Part shown: one piece after another, positions 1 through 11,273 of the stretch
Layout: each line of letters opens with the position of its first letter
How positions within the stretch are numbered: the first letter of the stretch is position 1
The notes under the pieces: model-generated
Database searches by the model: none
Seen by the model: the letters and a program-made list of their open reading frames with translations, nothing else
Told to the model about the DNA's origin: nothing
Position numbers and translations under genes: made by a program
Origin: Perkinsela sp. CCAP 1560/9
Taxonomy: Eukaryota > Protista > Euglenozoa: Kinetoplastea
NCBI GenBank assembly: GCA_965644495.1
Contig: CBFFSA010000004.1
Coordinates: 124,001 to 188,000, forward strand
DNA: 64,000 nt
Reading direction: 5' to 3'

Positions 1-315
1 AGGCGTCGGTATGGGGATTAGGAAGCAGACCTCGTGGAAGGGCACTCTCACTCAGGTTACATTTTGACCTTGTGTGAGCGGAAGATCCGATTCCCCGTTC
101 TGCGTATTCTACGATCGAAGCATGCCGAAGAAGTGACAAATCAAATCATCAAGGGATTAAGAAAGAACATAATTTTTACTATCAGTTGTGACGATGAAAC
201 GGAAGTTTCAAAGCGCGAAAGAGCGAATGAAAATTGGGATGTAAATCATTTTTCAGTGCTCCGTATCACTCGTGGAAAAAGGGGGCTGTGGAAAATTCAA
301 AAGTCAACAAGGTAA
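1..315 (+). pseudogene. Decayed IS30-family DDE transposase fragment (runs off the window start)
   Basis: Frame 1 reads RRRYGD*EADLVEGHSHSGYILTLCERKIRF...TISCDDETE. After a frameshift it reads FSAPYHSW.KGAVENS. These match IS30 motifs GDWExD, LVERKSR, TxDNGxEF and PxxPWQRGxNEN. Contains a TAG stop at the Trp position and frameshifts. Confidence 0.75.
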
Positions 316-1407
316 AGAAGAGGTACAGATGAGCTACGAAAGCCTCTCGAAGTGACGTGAGATTTTGAAGAAAGGCTTGGGGTAAGCAGAGCGTTTTTTG
401 ACGTAAGTTTACTTCGACTCCTAGAATAGTACTGCACCAAGAAGGCTAAGTGGTAACGACAAGGTCCGCACCTACACTGGCTGCGTTTGGTAAAAACATT
501 GAAAATCTCGCTGCAATGTAACCTGATCTTTCGAAAATAAGTGTCCGTTGTCAATGAACGTCAGTAATCCGGCGTTACCACTGTATAAAACATTCGTTGC
601 TGCGTGGGCAATTTTGACGGATGCATGTCAGCCCATTTGTAATGTGGTCCAACCGTGGGTGCGTCCTTTGATCCTGACTGTGAAATATGATTGCAATATC
701 ATCATACCCCATTTATAATTTCAAGACCGCACGGAGAGCGCGGTTAACGCCACCCGTATCCCCTCATTTTATTTGTTAAATGGTATGATTAGATTAAATT
801 ATATGATTAACCAAAGATGAACGGGCAAGGATGAGACCAATTATTCTATGCGGGTTCAATGATTGAAACCAAAACATTGTTTTGGTAAATCAATGGGAAA
901 ATAAAACGATGATTCACTCTTCTACACTTTGATGTTATTCGAAAAATAGAAAAAAAGCACCAATTTAATAATTTTACCAGATACTAGTAAGCTTTTACTA
1001 GTAAGTCAGAGAACTACATTGTTGGAAAAATAGAGTACGATTGTATTAATACTTTTTTTTCATTCATTATTCATGTAAATCTAGTGGCAGTTCATCGGTT
1101 CCCTATCACATGCGCATGTACATTGTATATCTAGATTTCTGCAATTGTTTTCGAAAAAAGCATAGGTACCGTATAAAAAACTAAAAATAATTGGAAAAAT
1201 TAATTGCAGCTTACTCTTGAGCATACTTAGACTTCCAATGTATTTACTTTAGAAAATCCACCTCCTCAATCTTGCACGATTATAAAAACCAAAAACAAAA
1301 AACGGATCCACAATTCATTTGTTCTCCAGCCTAATACGTTTGTATAATATCAGATGCATAGCCATTTCTAGAACAATTGGTTCTTATCGTCAAACAAATC
1401 GTAAAAA

Positions 1408-1911
1408 TTATTTCTTCTTCTCTACTAGCTTTTCAATGAATGCCTTGCCCTTCTTACGGACCTGTGCTGCCTCAACTGAAAGTGCTTTGCGTTGAGCGGC
1501 TGACAACTTCTGGTATTTGGCAGATACTTTCTTTGCCGCCGCGCGGAAACAAGCTTTAGGATTCTTGTGGTTTCCCTTCTCCGCCTTGTATATCGCTGGC
1601 ATGTTACGTTTCAGGAACAAGCTATAAGGAAGGTAGCGTGCGCTTTTCACTTGTGATACGAGCGCTTTCTTCTGTTTCAGATTCTCGGCAGCAATCTTAT
1701 TCAAGGACTGGACTTGAGCTGGAGATAATTTTTTAAAAGCGGCATTTGCTCCAGCGAGATCTGGGGCTCCCTTTTTACCTTTGAGAAGCTTTGAGATAAA
1801 TACATGCCGCGCACTTGTCGGGGCTGATTTTCCAGCCCATGGCTTATTGATAACTTTACGACGAAGCTTTTCGATGTTCTTGGTGAGATTTGGAAGCGCA
1901 CGAGAAAACAT
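1408..1911 (-). CDS. Kinetoplast-associated (KAP3/KAP4-like) basic protein with degenerate HMG boxes
   Basis: 167 aa, Lys/Ala-rich, with a short N-terminus resembling a mitochondrial presequence (MFSRAL). Two HMG-like units: SARHVFI...AFKKLSPAQ and PYSLFLK...KYQKLSAAQRKAL. Confidence 0.7.
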   Translation of the reverse strand: MFSRALPNLTKNIEKLRRKVINKPWAGKSAPTSARHVFISKLLKGKKGAPDLAGANAAFKKLSPAQVQSLNKIAAENLKQKKALVSQVKSARYLPYSLFLKRNMPAIYKAEKGNHKNPKACFRAAAKKVSAKYQKLSAAQRKALSVEAAQVRKKGKAFIEKLVEKKK

Positions 1912-2139
1912 TTTAGAGAAAACTATATATTTGAAGTACTCTGAAATATTCTTTATGGCAATAGCTATTTTTTGACGATAAGAAACGTCGTTTTCTTACA
2001 CGAGTGTTTTCTATGGTGCACGAGTGGCCGAAGGCCACAAGTGCGTGGTTAGGAAACACTCGCCACGTCGTTGAAATATTTTTTGATTTCAACAAATCTT
2101 ATCCCCCAATTTTCTCTTTCCCCTCTTTGAAGATTTCCT

Positions 2140-2538
2140 TTATTTCTTCCCCTTCCCACCCTTCATCTCCTTTCGCGCCTTAATTTCGGCACGAATCGCC
2201 GCGGCGGCGGCGCCTCTTTCGGGCTTTTTCGGCACCGCCTGCTTCATGGTGCGCAGCGTCTCGACGTCGGCCCCGACGAAGCCGCGCTGGACGACCTTTT
2301 TAGACTTCCGAGCCCGGCGCCGCGCGGTCTCCTCGGTCATCCCTTTGCGGTTAATCCGGCGGTACATGCGGGTCCAGGGCACGTAGCGCGCGTTCTTCTT
2401 TCGCCGGTACAGCGTGGTGCAGCGGTTGGACGCGAAAGGGAGAACGGGCTTGGTGGAGACAAAGTTGGTCGCGACGAAACGAATCCCGTGCCCGGGGTGG
2501 ACGGGGAGCCCGGAGAAGGTGCACTCCTCTTTACGCAT
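2140..2538 (-). CDS. RPL24: 60S ribosomal protein L24 (eL24)
   Basis: CTFSGLPVHPGHGIRFV...KKNARYVPWTRMYRRINRKG...QRGFVGA is the eL24 signature. Confidence 0.95.
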   Translation of the reverse strand: MRKEECTFSGLPVHPGHGIRFVATNFVSTKPVLPFASNRCTTLYRRKKNARYVPWTRMYRRINRKGMTEETARRRARKSKKVVQRGFVGADVETLRTMKQAVPKKPERGAAAAAIRAEIKARKEMKGGKGKK

Positions 2539-2544
2539 GTGTGG

Positions 2545-2760
2545 GGTGTAAAAAAGAGGTAAAAAAGTAAGACGGGGATAGAAGGAAAAGAAGAAAATAG
2601 AGGGAAAGGTATAAAAGAGGAAAGGAAAAAGATTGTGATCTCTGTCTGTGGACGGAGACGAAGGGGTGGATAAAGTTTGGATGAAATATGTCGAAAAAGA
2701 GGTAAGGAAGGAGGTAATGCAGATTAGGAAATGTTAATGAAAGAGTGGATGTGGTGGATG
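2545..2760 (-). promoter_or_regulatory. Polypyrimidine-rich 5' flank of RPL24 (candidate trans-splicing signal)
   Basis: The plus strand is strongly A/G-rich, giving long C/T tracts on the coding strand just upstream of the ATG. Confidence 0.5.
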
Positions 2761-3060
2761 CAGGGATACCCAATCAAAAAATAAATTCCACTCTTTGAAA
2801 GTTAATCTCCAGCCCGCACAAAATGAGTACCAAGACATATTTTTCTAAATAGGTAGTGACTTTTCGCTATTGGGCCTGAAATGCCAACTCACAAGTCAAC
2901 GAACGCTTTAAAAATAGCGACCTGTGTAGTTGAATCCTTTTAAATTTGAACATAAGACGGCCCCTTTTACTTATGAATTTAAAAAAAACCTAATCTTAAA
3001 TAAAACCATCTTAGCCACGTCCACACACGGGGATCCATGGTCCGGGCGGACCACCACCCG

Positions 3061-5795
3061 TCACCCCTCCCCCCCTCTCGCCACCTTCCCCGCCGCGAGC
3101 GAGGCAATCTGCTTCCCCCCCTTCCCCCCCCCCGCCGTGGTCGACACCGCCTTCCGCACCACCCCCTCCAACTGGGCATGGGTGTAGAACGCCAACGGCT
3201 TCCTACACCCCTGCAGCAACCCCGGCACCGCCCCCTCCACCACCTCCCGCACCCTCTCCCCCACCGCCTTCACCCTCCCCCCCTCCACGGTGTTCGTCCA
3301 CAGCTGTACCGTAAACTGCCGTGGCCGTACCTTCAGCACCACCCCGTTCACCGTGCGCCGCCCCCCGTCCAGGCCCTCCCCCACCACCGCCAGCACCACC
3401 GCCTCCCAGAGCTGGTCCAGGGCGGGGGGGCTCCCCCCCNNNNNNNNNNNNNNNNNNNNNNNNNNNNNNNNNNNNNNNNNNNNNNNNNNNNNNNNNNNNN
3501 NNNNNNNNNNNNNNNNNNNNNNNNNNNNNNNNNNNNNNNNNNNNNNNNNNNNNNNNNNNNNNNNNNNNNNNNNNNNNNNNNNNNNNNNNNNNNNNNNNNN
3601 NNNNNNNNNNNNNNNNNNNNNNNNNNNNNNNNNNNNNNNCTGGGAGAAATGGAGGATGACGCAGAGGTTGTCGCTCTTGGGGTAAGACTCGCACGAAGGG
3701 ACAGGCCTTCGATCTTTGCTTCGCCAGGTGTCTTCGTTTCACCTTTTTCTTCTGTTTCTTCCGTCGAGGATGGTTTCAACGTACCAGGAGTTGCATCCGG
3801 CACGCGTTCTTGTGAAGATGTCTTCTCATCCGGTTTTTCGTCCTTCACGAGCGGCTTTTCCAACGAGGTTTCCTGCATCGTCTCGGTTTTCTCCCCTTTT
3901 AGTTCCGTTTTTCCCCTTTCCTCGAGTTTTCCCGTTTTTTCTCCCCAGCTCTCCCCTGGTCGCTGTCCCCCACTCCCCTTTTGTGGACTTAACGCCGCAT
4001 TCAACGGGGTTTGCATCCGTGAGCCCGGACGGCTACTGGCCCGGCTATTCACCCCTGAGGACGAATTCCGACGATTCGGTCCCATCCCACTTCCCCCATA
4101 ATACCCCGAGGGCGGAGGACCATAGGAAAACCGATGTTGAGGATTATTTTGAGGATTGTTGCTCATCCCATGATTCGACGGATGGTGACTCCCCAAAAAA
4201 CCTTGATTCTGGTTTTGTGGGGGGAAATGCGGCGTGGGATGTTGCAACGGACCACCCCCTGGGGGTGGGTGATCCCTCCCCCCCACGCCCCCCATTCCCA
4301 TAGGGTGAAACTCCAATCCGCCCATGACCCCGGGGATCGGGGGGTTGAAGGGCGGGGGAGAGGCCATGCCTGGCCCATTCCCGTTGACCATTCCCCCGTA
4401 GTGGGGGAACGAGGGTCGTAGGGGGTGGACCCCGGGGAGCGGGGTTGCTCGGTGACCCACCCCGCCGTGGTGCGGGGGTGGGACCCCGGAGTGCACGGAG
4501 GGGTAGGCGGTAGGGGAGGGGGAGAGCGCGAGATCGGCAAAGTTCTGCGTCGGGGGAAGGCTACCCCCTGTGGTGGGGGGTAGGCGCGTCGAGGGGGAGG
4601 GGTTTACGCCACTCGGGGCTACGGCTACCCCTCCATGGGGAGTGGGGGGGAGCGTGCTGTGTGGGGGGGCGACACCCGAAGATAAATGTGGGGTCGGATA
4701 AATGAGGGGGTCGGATAGCCCCAGAGGGGGTAGCGGCGGGGCTTGATTTTGGGGTTGCCCCTGCGTTTGTGGGGGTTGTTGCTGCGTTTGTTGCTGTTGT
4801 TGTTGCGCAACAAACTCCTGAGAGGGGTATCCCGGACCTCCTCCTGAGGAGACGGGGACAGTATACCCTATGGCTTGTGCTGCAGCCATTTTACCTCCAT
4901 AGCCCCCCGGGAAGGGAGGAGGGACATGGATTCGGGAAGGAGATGCAGCTCCCGAGGCGGGGTAGTGTCCCCCCTGGGGGGTCACATAGCCCGGGTTCAT
5001 TGTGGGGTCATAGCGACTGTGTGAGGACCCGTACGGGGGTGGGTAGTTCGAGGAGGACATCGGGTTGGGGTAGGTATAGGGGTTGGTGTAGGAAACGTTG
5101 TGCGTGCCGTGGTACTCGGGAAATGTGGAGAGTGGAGGGGTGAGGTCGTCGAAACGGAGGAGCGGAGGGGTAGGACCCGCGAGTTTGGGGTTGTGGTTGG
5201 CCGTCGTCGTCGTGTTCGTCAGGGTTGTTTGATGGGGCGTGGCGGGGTGACTACGAACAGGGGCAGCAGGGAGGACGGGAGCGATGTTGTTCCCTTTTTC
5301 ATGGTGGTTTCCGGAGTTAGAGACAGGAGGATTCTTGGGTGCAGTTGGGTTAAGAGAGGAGGAGGAGGGGGAAGCCGCAGCGGGAGGCGTTCCACGGGGG
5401 TTTGGGCTCGCAAGGGAGTCCTTGGAGGGGTTGGAGGGTTGCGCCGGGAGAGTGGACTGGGGGGAGGGGGAGAATGCCTGTGGGGGGTTACCTGGGGGAA
5501 AGGCTGCGGGGGTGGATGATTCGGAGGAAGTGCCGCTGCGGATCGGTGCGATAGCGGTCTGGACACTTTCCGTAGGTGTCGTTTGTGACGAGACATTGGG
5601 TAGGTGCTCACTTTTAGCGGTTGATAACTGCGTAGTGTTGCATTGTGCGCTGACGATTTCCTCGGTGGCATTCGACTTTTTTATGCATTCTGTAGGCACA
5701 CTTTGAGCACTCGAACTTTTTTCCTTCCCAGTTGGAGGGGCTGTAAAACTTGCTGGGTTGAAGGGTTTTGCTTTAGCACTTAAACCGGAGCTCAT
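3061..5795 (-). CDS. eIF4E: eIF4E-family cap-binding protein (eIF4E3/eIF4E4-like) with very long low-complexity N-terminus; interrupted by assembly gap
   Basis: Downstream of the gap, LDQLWEAVVLAVVGE...VNGVVLKVR...VQLWT...VGERVRE...FYTH is the C-terminal half of eIF4E. The N-terminus SGLSAKAKPFNP is PAM2-like. About 720 aa of P/S/G/Q-rich sequence lies between. The frame across the gap cannot be verified. Confidence 0.8.
3440..3639. other. Assembly gap (200 N)
   Basis: Run of n flanked by GC-rich homopolymeric sequence. Probably longer than shown, because the N-terminal half of the eIF4E domain is missing. Confidence 0.99.
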
Positions 5796-6405
5796 TGATT
5801 TATAGGACAGGTGCTTTTTTTGTGAGTATGACGCAGGCTTAAATGTTTACACGAAACAAGTTCAAGTCAGCAAAATGGTATACTCACGAGTTGATAATAT
5901 TTCTCCGACGCGGTAGGGCACGTTTTTGTGCGTAACCTATTCTTAAGAACTGATGGAGAGAAAAGTAGAAAAAACAACCTACAAACAATACTTCGCAATT
6001 ACCAAAGATGTGCGCACTACATTTTCTTATTTCTGGACAAGTGCTGGTAAAAAAGTACAAACACTTCGTACACAATGTTATGTTCTAACGGGAGGCATAA
6101 AATCAATTATACGTGTCCTATTGATCCTTGTTCATCATAGTGACCGCAATATTAAAAAGCAAGTGTGCCTCAATTCCTCTGCACAGTTTCAGGATGTCCG
6201 AATAAAGCACGTAATCACTTTTCTGTGTGTGCAATTTTGGAACAAAAACGGTTTCACTACTCGTACCAAAGCTGAATGCAATCTACGAATGGTGACATTG
6301 TATATCGTTCATCATGGCTTACAAAAACAATTTCAAGTTCGAAAAAAATCAGATAGATTCAACCTAGTTTCATTCTTTATTCACCGCCATAATTGTGCGT
6401 GCTGC

Positions 6406-7101
6406 TTACTTTGCCAACTCGCTTAACCATGGATACGTCACGCGAACATGCTCCACGGTATCCGGCTGCACATCAGCCTCCTGAAGCCGCAGCAACTGAC
6501 ACAAATCCTTATCTGACTTCTGCCGCAGAGCTAACACCGCCACCACGCATCCATAATCCACGCATCGCGCCATGCCGAGGTACGAACCCGCACGGAGAAA
6601 ACCCCAAAGCGGGGCGATCTCCGCCCGATTCTTTTCCGGCAGCAAGCTCTCAAACAGAAACGCTCGCTCCGAAGGCGAAGGAAAGATCTGGTGCAAATCC
6701 GAAACCACCGGACACTCCATCGCCGGCACCTTGTCCGGTGAGGGGTACAGGGTCAACCAATGCGCAAGGGTTTCTGCCACCGCAGAAACAAAAGGAAAGG
6801 AGAGGGTATTTTTTATCTTCTCCTTGTCTTCCTCCTCCTCCTCCTTCCCCCGTTCTTCCCCCTTCCCCTCCCCCTGCTGCTCCCGTCCCGTGTACCACGC
6901 GCTGTGATCCGCGACCCAGTGCTTGGGGAGGATCACCGCACGCTCATCGGTACACAGCAGCGCGAGCTCGTGCGGGTGAGACTCCAGCAGGAGAGAAGGA
7001 GAAGAGGTCGAGTCCGCCGGGGTTGTGGGGAAGGGGAGAGTGCGGTAGGGGAGGGGGGAGGGGGAGAGGGTAGGGTCGGGGGTGGGGAGAGGGGCAGACA
7101 T
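6406..7101 (-). CDS. Divergent SKP1-like protein
   Basis: LWGFLRAGSYLGMARCVDYGCVVAVLALRQKSDKDLCQLL...EHVRVTYPWL aligns by eye with the SKP1 C-terminal domain (LFELILAANYLDI..LLD..C..VA..IKGKT.EEIR...VR.EN.W). Confidence 0.7.
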   Translation of the reverse strand: MSAPLPTPDPTLSPSPLPYRTLPFPTTPADSTSSPSLLLESHPHELALLCTDERAVILPKHWVADHSAWYTGREQQGEGKGEERGKEEEEEDKEKIKNTLSFPFVSAVAETLAHWLTLYPSPDKVPAMECPVVSDLHQIFPSPSERAFLFESLLPEKNRAEIAPLWGFLRAGSYLGMARCVDYGCVVAVLALRQKSDKDLCQLLRLQEADVQPDTVEHVRVTYPWLSELAK

Positions 7102-7522
7102 GGTGGGGAGGGGGGTGTGGGACGTAGGTAGAGGCTATTTAGAAGATATTGGAGGAGAAATAGAAAGAAAAAATAATGGAATGAAGAAAAAATTGTAAAA
7201 TTGTAAAATCAGCGTAAAAAGATGAGAAAAAAGGTAAGGAAATGTGATAAGGAAAAAAGGTAAGGAAAAGGTGTGGAGAGGGGTAGACATGGTGGGGAGG
7301 GGAGTGTGAGGTAGAGGATATTTAGAGGATATTTAAAAGATATTGGAAGATAAAAAGAAAGAAAAAATAATGGAATGAAGAAGAAAAATGTAAAATTGTA
7401 AAATCAGCGTAAAATGATGAGAAAAAAAGGTAAGGAAATGTTATAAAGAAAAAAGGTAAGGAAAAGGTGTGGAGAGGGGTAGACATGGTGGGGAGGGGGG
7501 GTGTGGGGCGTAGGTAGAGGAT

Positions 7523-7830
7523 ATTGCGGTGGCTGTATAACTACCGCTCTACCCTCGATTATTGAAAAAAAAGTGAAAAAAACAGTGAAAATATAAGAGA
7601 AACACAGCAATATAATAGAAGAAAAAAATATAAAAGGAGGCTCCGGTGGTCCAAAATTAAAAAAAAAATTGAAAAAAATGGGGGGTCCATGGGGGGGGTC
7701 CAGGGGGGGGCATACGTCGTTTTTTGAAAATTTCAAAATCTTGATTTTCGAAATCGAGCGCAGGGAAGTGGTAGAGTAGGCCGCGGCGATGACTTTCCAC
7801 CCCACCACCTGGGGGAGGCGATTTTTCTGG
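7523..7830. repeat. Dispersed repeat family R1 (terminal hairpin plus GGGGGGGTCCA array)
   Basis: TTGCGGTGG(T/C)TGTA.AACTACCGCTCTACCCTCGATTATTG... is shared with copies at 23170, 24075/26814, 27400-27970 (inverted) and 42785-43070 (inverted). Confidence 0.85.
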
Positions 7831-7846
7831 CGATTTTTCCTTTTTA

Positions 7847-7941
7847 GGCTCTTCGTTAAACGCTGAGGTAGTTTTCAACGCGCAGCGCGCAGCATGAGTG
7901 ACTTCTGAGTTGAAAGCAACCACCGCGTTTAACGAAGAGCC
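7847..7941. mobile_element. 95-bp MITE with TIR GGCTCTTCGTTAAACGC, flanked by TA
   Basis: Inverted ends are perfect. A near-identical copy lies at 23974-24068, with relatives at 28246-28405, about 32300-32322 and about 37515-37570. Confidence 0.8.
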
Positions 7942-8399
7942 TAAAATAGTCGTAATTTTAGAGGCTATTTAGAAGATATTGGAAGAGAAATAGAAAGAAA
8001 AAATAGTGGAATGAAGAAGAAAAATGTAAAATTGCAAAATCAACGTAAAATGATGAGAAAAAAGGTAAGGAAATGTGTGGTGTGTAAGGAGATAGGATTA
8101 CTTTTTTGAGAACCAGTGGAATACGGTGGAGGAGCAATTAATCGGGGGTGGGAGTGGGTCGATTCTATTACTGGGGGTTTACGGTAGTTGCTTAAAAACA
8201 ACTACCGTGGGATTTGGGACTCTCCTCTGAGTGCATCTACGAAGTTACGTTTGTTTGACTGTCTTGTATGCCCAATCTTGACGTTTGGGGCAGATTCCCT
8301 CTCAATCTCCAGTAAATCCCTTCGTAAAACAGAAAATTGATAAACAGAAAAATGAAGGGGCTCACGAGGGGGAGGAAATTCACCGCAGTCCATGGAATC

Positions 8400-9330
8400 C
8401 TTGCTGGATGTGTGGGGGGTGTGATGGGTTCGCGTGCGTCCGTACCTGGAGAAACCTTAACTTTGTGCCGCAAGGCGAAAAAGCCTACGACTGGATGCTA
8501 ACGCACCAATTTACTCAATCCTCCGGAGTGCCAAAGGCACGGCACGGAATTTATGCAACCGTATAAGAATAAACCAAATATGAGTGAATACCGACATTAC
8601 GACGAAGGTTCAGGTAGTTTTTCTTTCTGCGCCTTACCTGGACAGCCATTCATCATTGACCCTTGCGAAGCTGTTATTAATATGGGCCGATATAGCCAAT
8701 AATTTAACTACGGGTCAAATTTACCGGAATTGTGGAGTTCGCCAGAGAACTGTGACCAAAATTCTCCACATGGTCGCCAACGCAGCTTTGCACGAGCAAG
8801 ACACTACAGAATTCAATTTTTCGAAACTGCAAGTAAACGAACTTTTATCGGCAAGCGTATGTATCATCGGGGCAAACGCATTCGCAAGATTGGGTGGTGG
8901 TTTGTAACTGCCACCGAAATCGGTTATCGACAAATAGTAGGTCGCGCCCACTGGCGCCTCGTAAAACGACGGGATCAGGGAACTCTTGCCTCATTTGTCA
9001 TGCCTCACCTTGTCAGCGTGCGATCTGTTGTGATCACTGATGAAAGGCGGGGGTACATCCATTTCGGTGAGTACTGTCGCCATTTCACGGTGAACTTAAA
9101 GGATACCATACGAATCATGCAGAAGCTGCCCACAAGACTATTAAGCAATGGATCAAACAGCAGCACTACAATTATGTATAATTATGGCGCACCCTCCATG
9201 GACCTACGCCGTAATGTCGCTCTTCAATGCGTAAAATTTGGGTACGGCAAGACAGACAGAAAGTGAGCCTGGCAAATTCGTTTTATGAACATCTTGCAGT
9301 GCATCCAAAAGCATTACAGCTACATGTCTG
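8400..9330 (+). pseudogene. Merlin/IS1595 (ISXO2-like) transposase remnant
   Basis: KRMYHRGKR...WWFV...VKRRDQGTL...VVITDERRGY...HFTVN, with frameshifts. Confidence 0.8.
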
Positions 9331-9699
9331 CTGATATACTCGATGATGTATCCGAGAGCCATCGTAGTTGTTCAGAGGACGACATCGAGCTTTCTTCATG
9401 TGAATCATTTTCCTTGTAAGTCAGCGATTTGTCCTGACCATGGGTCGCATTTTATCGAGCAATCCGAAGAGCTGGGAATTATGAATTGTGTGCACCGCGG
9501 CCATGGGCAACATGAACGGTGCCACAGAAAGATCAGTTTCCTTTCCTTCGTCATTCCTCACCATGCTCGCTACGCGGCGGGGGCTATCTTCTGCAATTCT
9601 AGGCCGCGGATCATTTTTCAACCGGTTTTCTAGGTCGCGGATCATTTTTCAACCGGGAAAACATACAGTATGTATGTTTGTACTGTATGTTGGGGGAAT

Positions 9700-10140
9700 A
9701 AAGACCATCCCCCATATTTTCAAGGATCTATGCGACACGGCTCTACAGCACGAAGAGAGCCAAGTATCGCGATTCGATGGTATGGCTGTTGATGAAAACT
9801 TACCTTGGAAAACGTAAATCTGAGCGTGTTTGCAAGGAAGCGTGATGGTTCGTTACAGAAATCCTACGTGACGGTACATCCGGGAGGACTGTTTCGACGC
9901 TCGTCCAGAAGCGTGACCGACCTACCTTAACGACATTCGTCGAGAAACACACACAGGAAGTAGGCACTGTGGTGGTCACCTACTGTTGGAAGGGTTATGC
10001 CGGTCTCTCGGAAATGTGAGAGCCGAAATCTGTCAGAAGCGCGTGGCTCTGCAATGTATGAAACTCGGCCGAACTCAAATTCGGCCGAATTCTCTTAAAG
10101 AGAATTCGTTTAGCTAACTTTGTCTCATGTGTCGCACAGT
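9700..10140 (+). pseudogene. Second Merlin/IS1595 transposase remnant
   Basis: Frameshifted AVDE.YLGKRK...WFVTE...VQKRDRPTLTTFVEKH...VVVTYCWKGYAGL. The C-terminal VALQCMK motif is shared with the 8.4-kb copy. Confidence 0.7.
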
Positions 10141-10655
10141 AAAGTAGAGTAACTTTTGGATATTTCCCGTGAGACGATCCCCTCCGGCTCTTTAGCAGAA
10201 GTGTTCCGCGAGTTACAGTGGTTTCTATTGCCCCCCCCCCCCCCCCCCCCGAGGAAATTTGATTTGATTTACCCGTTTTTGTTATTTTTGTTGCATACGA
10301 GAAATCTCGTTCCCCTAGCGAAGCGCTTCGCCACCTTTTATGGTAGGGATCCTCTGGTGTTCATATGATTACCCGAAAGAGAGCTAAAACAAGCTTTTTG
10401 GAAAATATGAACCTTGGAAAAAAGCAGTAAAATGGAGGAAAAAAGCGAATTTAAACGTTGTTGAGAACTAGACTAAACGTTGTATCCTGCTCGCTTGAAT
10501 TCTGAAACGAAAAGAGAAGCCTTTCAACTTTAAAAAAAGTTTGAAAGCAGGTAAATAAATAAATCCTAATTGAAAAGATATAAATTCACTAATGCTTGTC
10601 GTCACATTCAAATAATTCAATTGATGAATTACTATCACAAGTTTACAATATGATG

Positions 10656-11273
10656 TTATGATCTGAAATGCACACAAGAAGGAAGTTTTCCTGAAGGAAA
10701 TGTTAGTTGCGTTTTGTAGACTGAAAGCGTTTGTAGACCATGAGGAAGCTTCGAAAAGTCTGGAACTCCATAAATCGAATTACAGTGGAGAAATATCTTA
10801 ATCATGGTTTCTGGAAAAGCAGTAAAATCCAGACTACCCTGTATGTTGTTTCCATAGAGATCCAGTATGCGAAGCGAAGGGGGAAGATCGCTTACTTCAA
10901 GGGACCCGCTGATACCCAATTCCTTAAGAATTAGCTCTAAGAGACCTCGGGGTAATGATGCAAAGTCAACGTGCGGAATCTCGCCCTTTAAGTACACACA
11001 AGTGCTGTTATAGTTGAATCCTGAACTTAAATTCAAATGCAACAAAGAGCTCGGTAGAGAAGACCATTGGAACTCACCAGAAAGACCAAGGCCACTCCAT
11101 TCCAACCTTTCAACACTATTTTTCTCATTACATTTCACACCTTCCCACTCACATGCGGGGGTGTGCGTACTCCATGATTTTCGAGGATTGGGAAGACTTT
11201 TAATGAAGAGAGCGAGAGTGTACTCTTGCGGTAAATCTGCACGACGAACTCGATGTGCCACGCTGTCCGACAT
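10656..11273 (-). CDS. LRR family protein (copy 1)
   Basis: RVRRADLPQEY motif, cap SW...PACEWEGVKC, and 23-aa LPxxLxxLxLxxNxxxG repeats. ATG at 11273. Confidence 0.9.
   Translation of the reverse strand: MSDSVAHRVRRADLPQEYTLALFIKSLPNPRKSWSTHTPACEWEGVKCNEKNSVERLEWSGLGLSGEFQWSSLPSSLLHLNLSSGFNYNSTCVYLKGEIPHVDFASLPRGLLELILKELGISGSLEVSDLPPSLRILDLYGNNIQGSLDFTAFPETMIKIFLHCNSIYGVPDFSKLPHGLQTLSVYKTQLTFPSGKLPSCVHFRS

Larger units (their letters stand above)
7095..8078. repeat. About 190-bp purine-rich tandem repeat (3 copies) of the SKP1-like start and upstream region; third copy interrupted by insertions
   Basis: AGACATGGTGGGGAGGG...GTAGAGG(C/A)TATTTAG...AAGGTAAGGAAATG recurs at about 7095, 7285 and 7480, and resumes at about 7958. 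Confidence 0.85.

Noticed and set aside
3037-7131. Many overlapping plus-strand ORFs (for example 3037-4101 and 6393-7073)
   Set aside because: They are GC-rich antisense shadows of the eIF4E and SKP1-like genes.
11150-11245. LRR N-terminal LPxE..L..F...L...C.W read as an F-box (tempting given the nearby SKP1-like gene)
   Set aside because: The continuation SW...C.W.GV.C...V..I.W fits an LRRNT_2-type cap much better. An HMM test would settle it.
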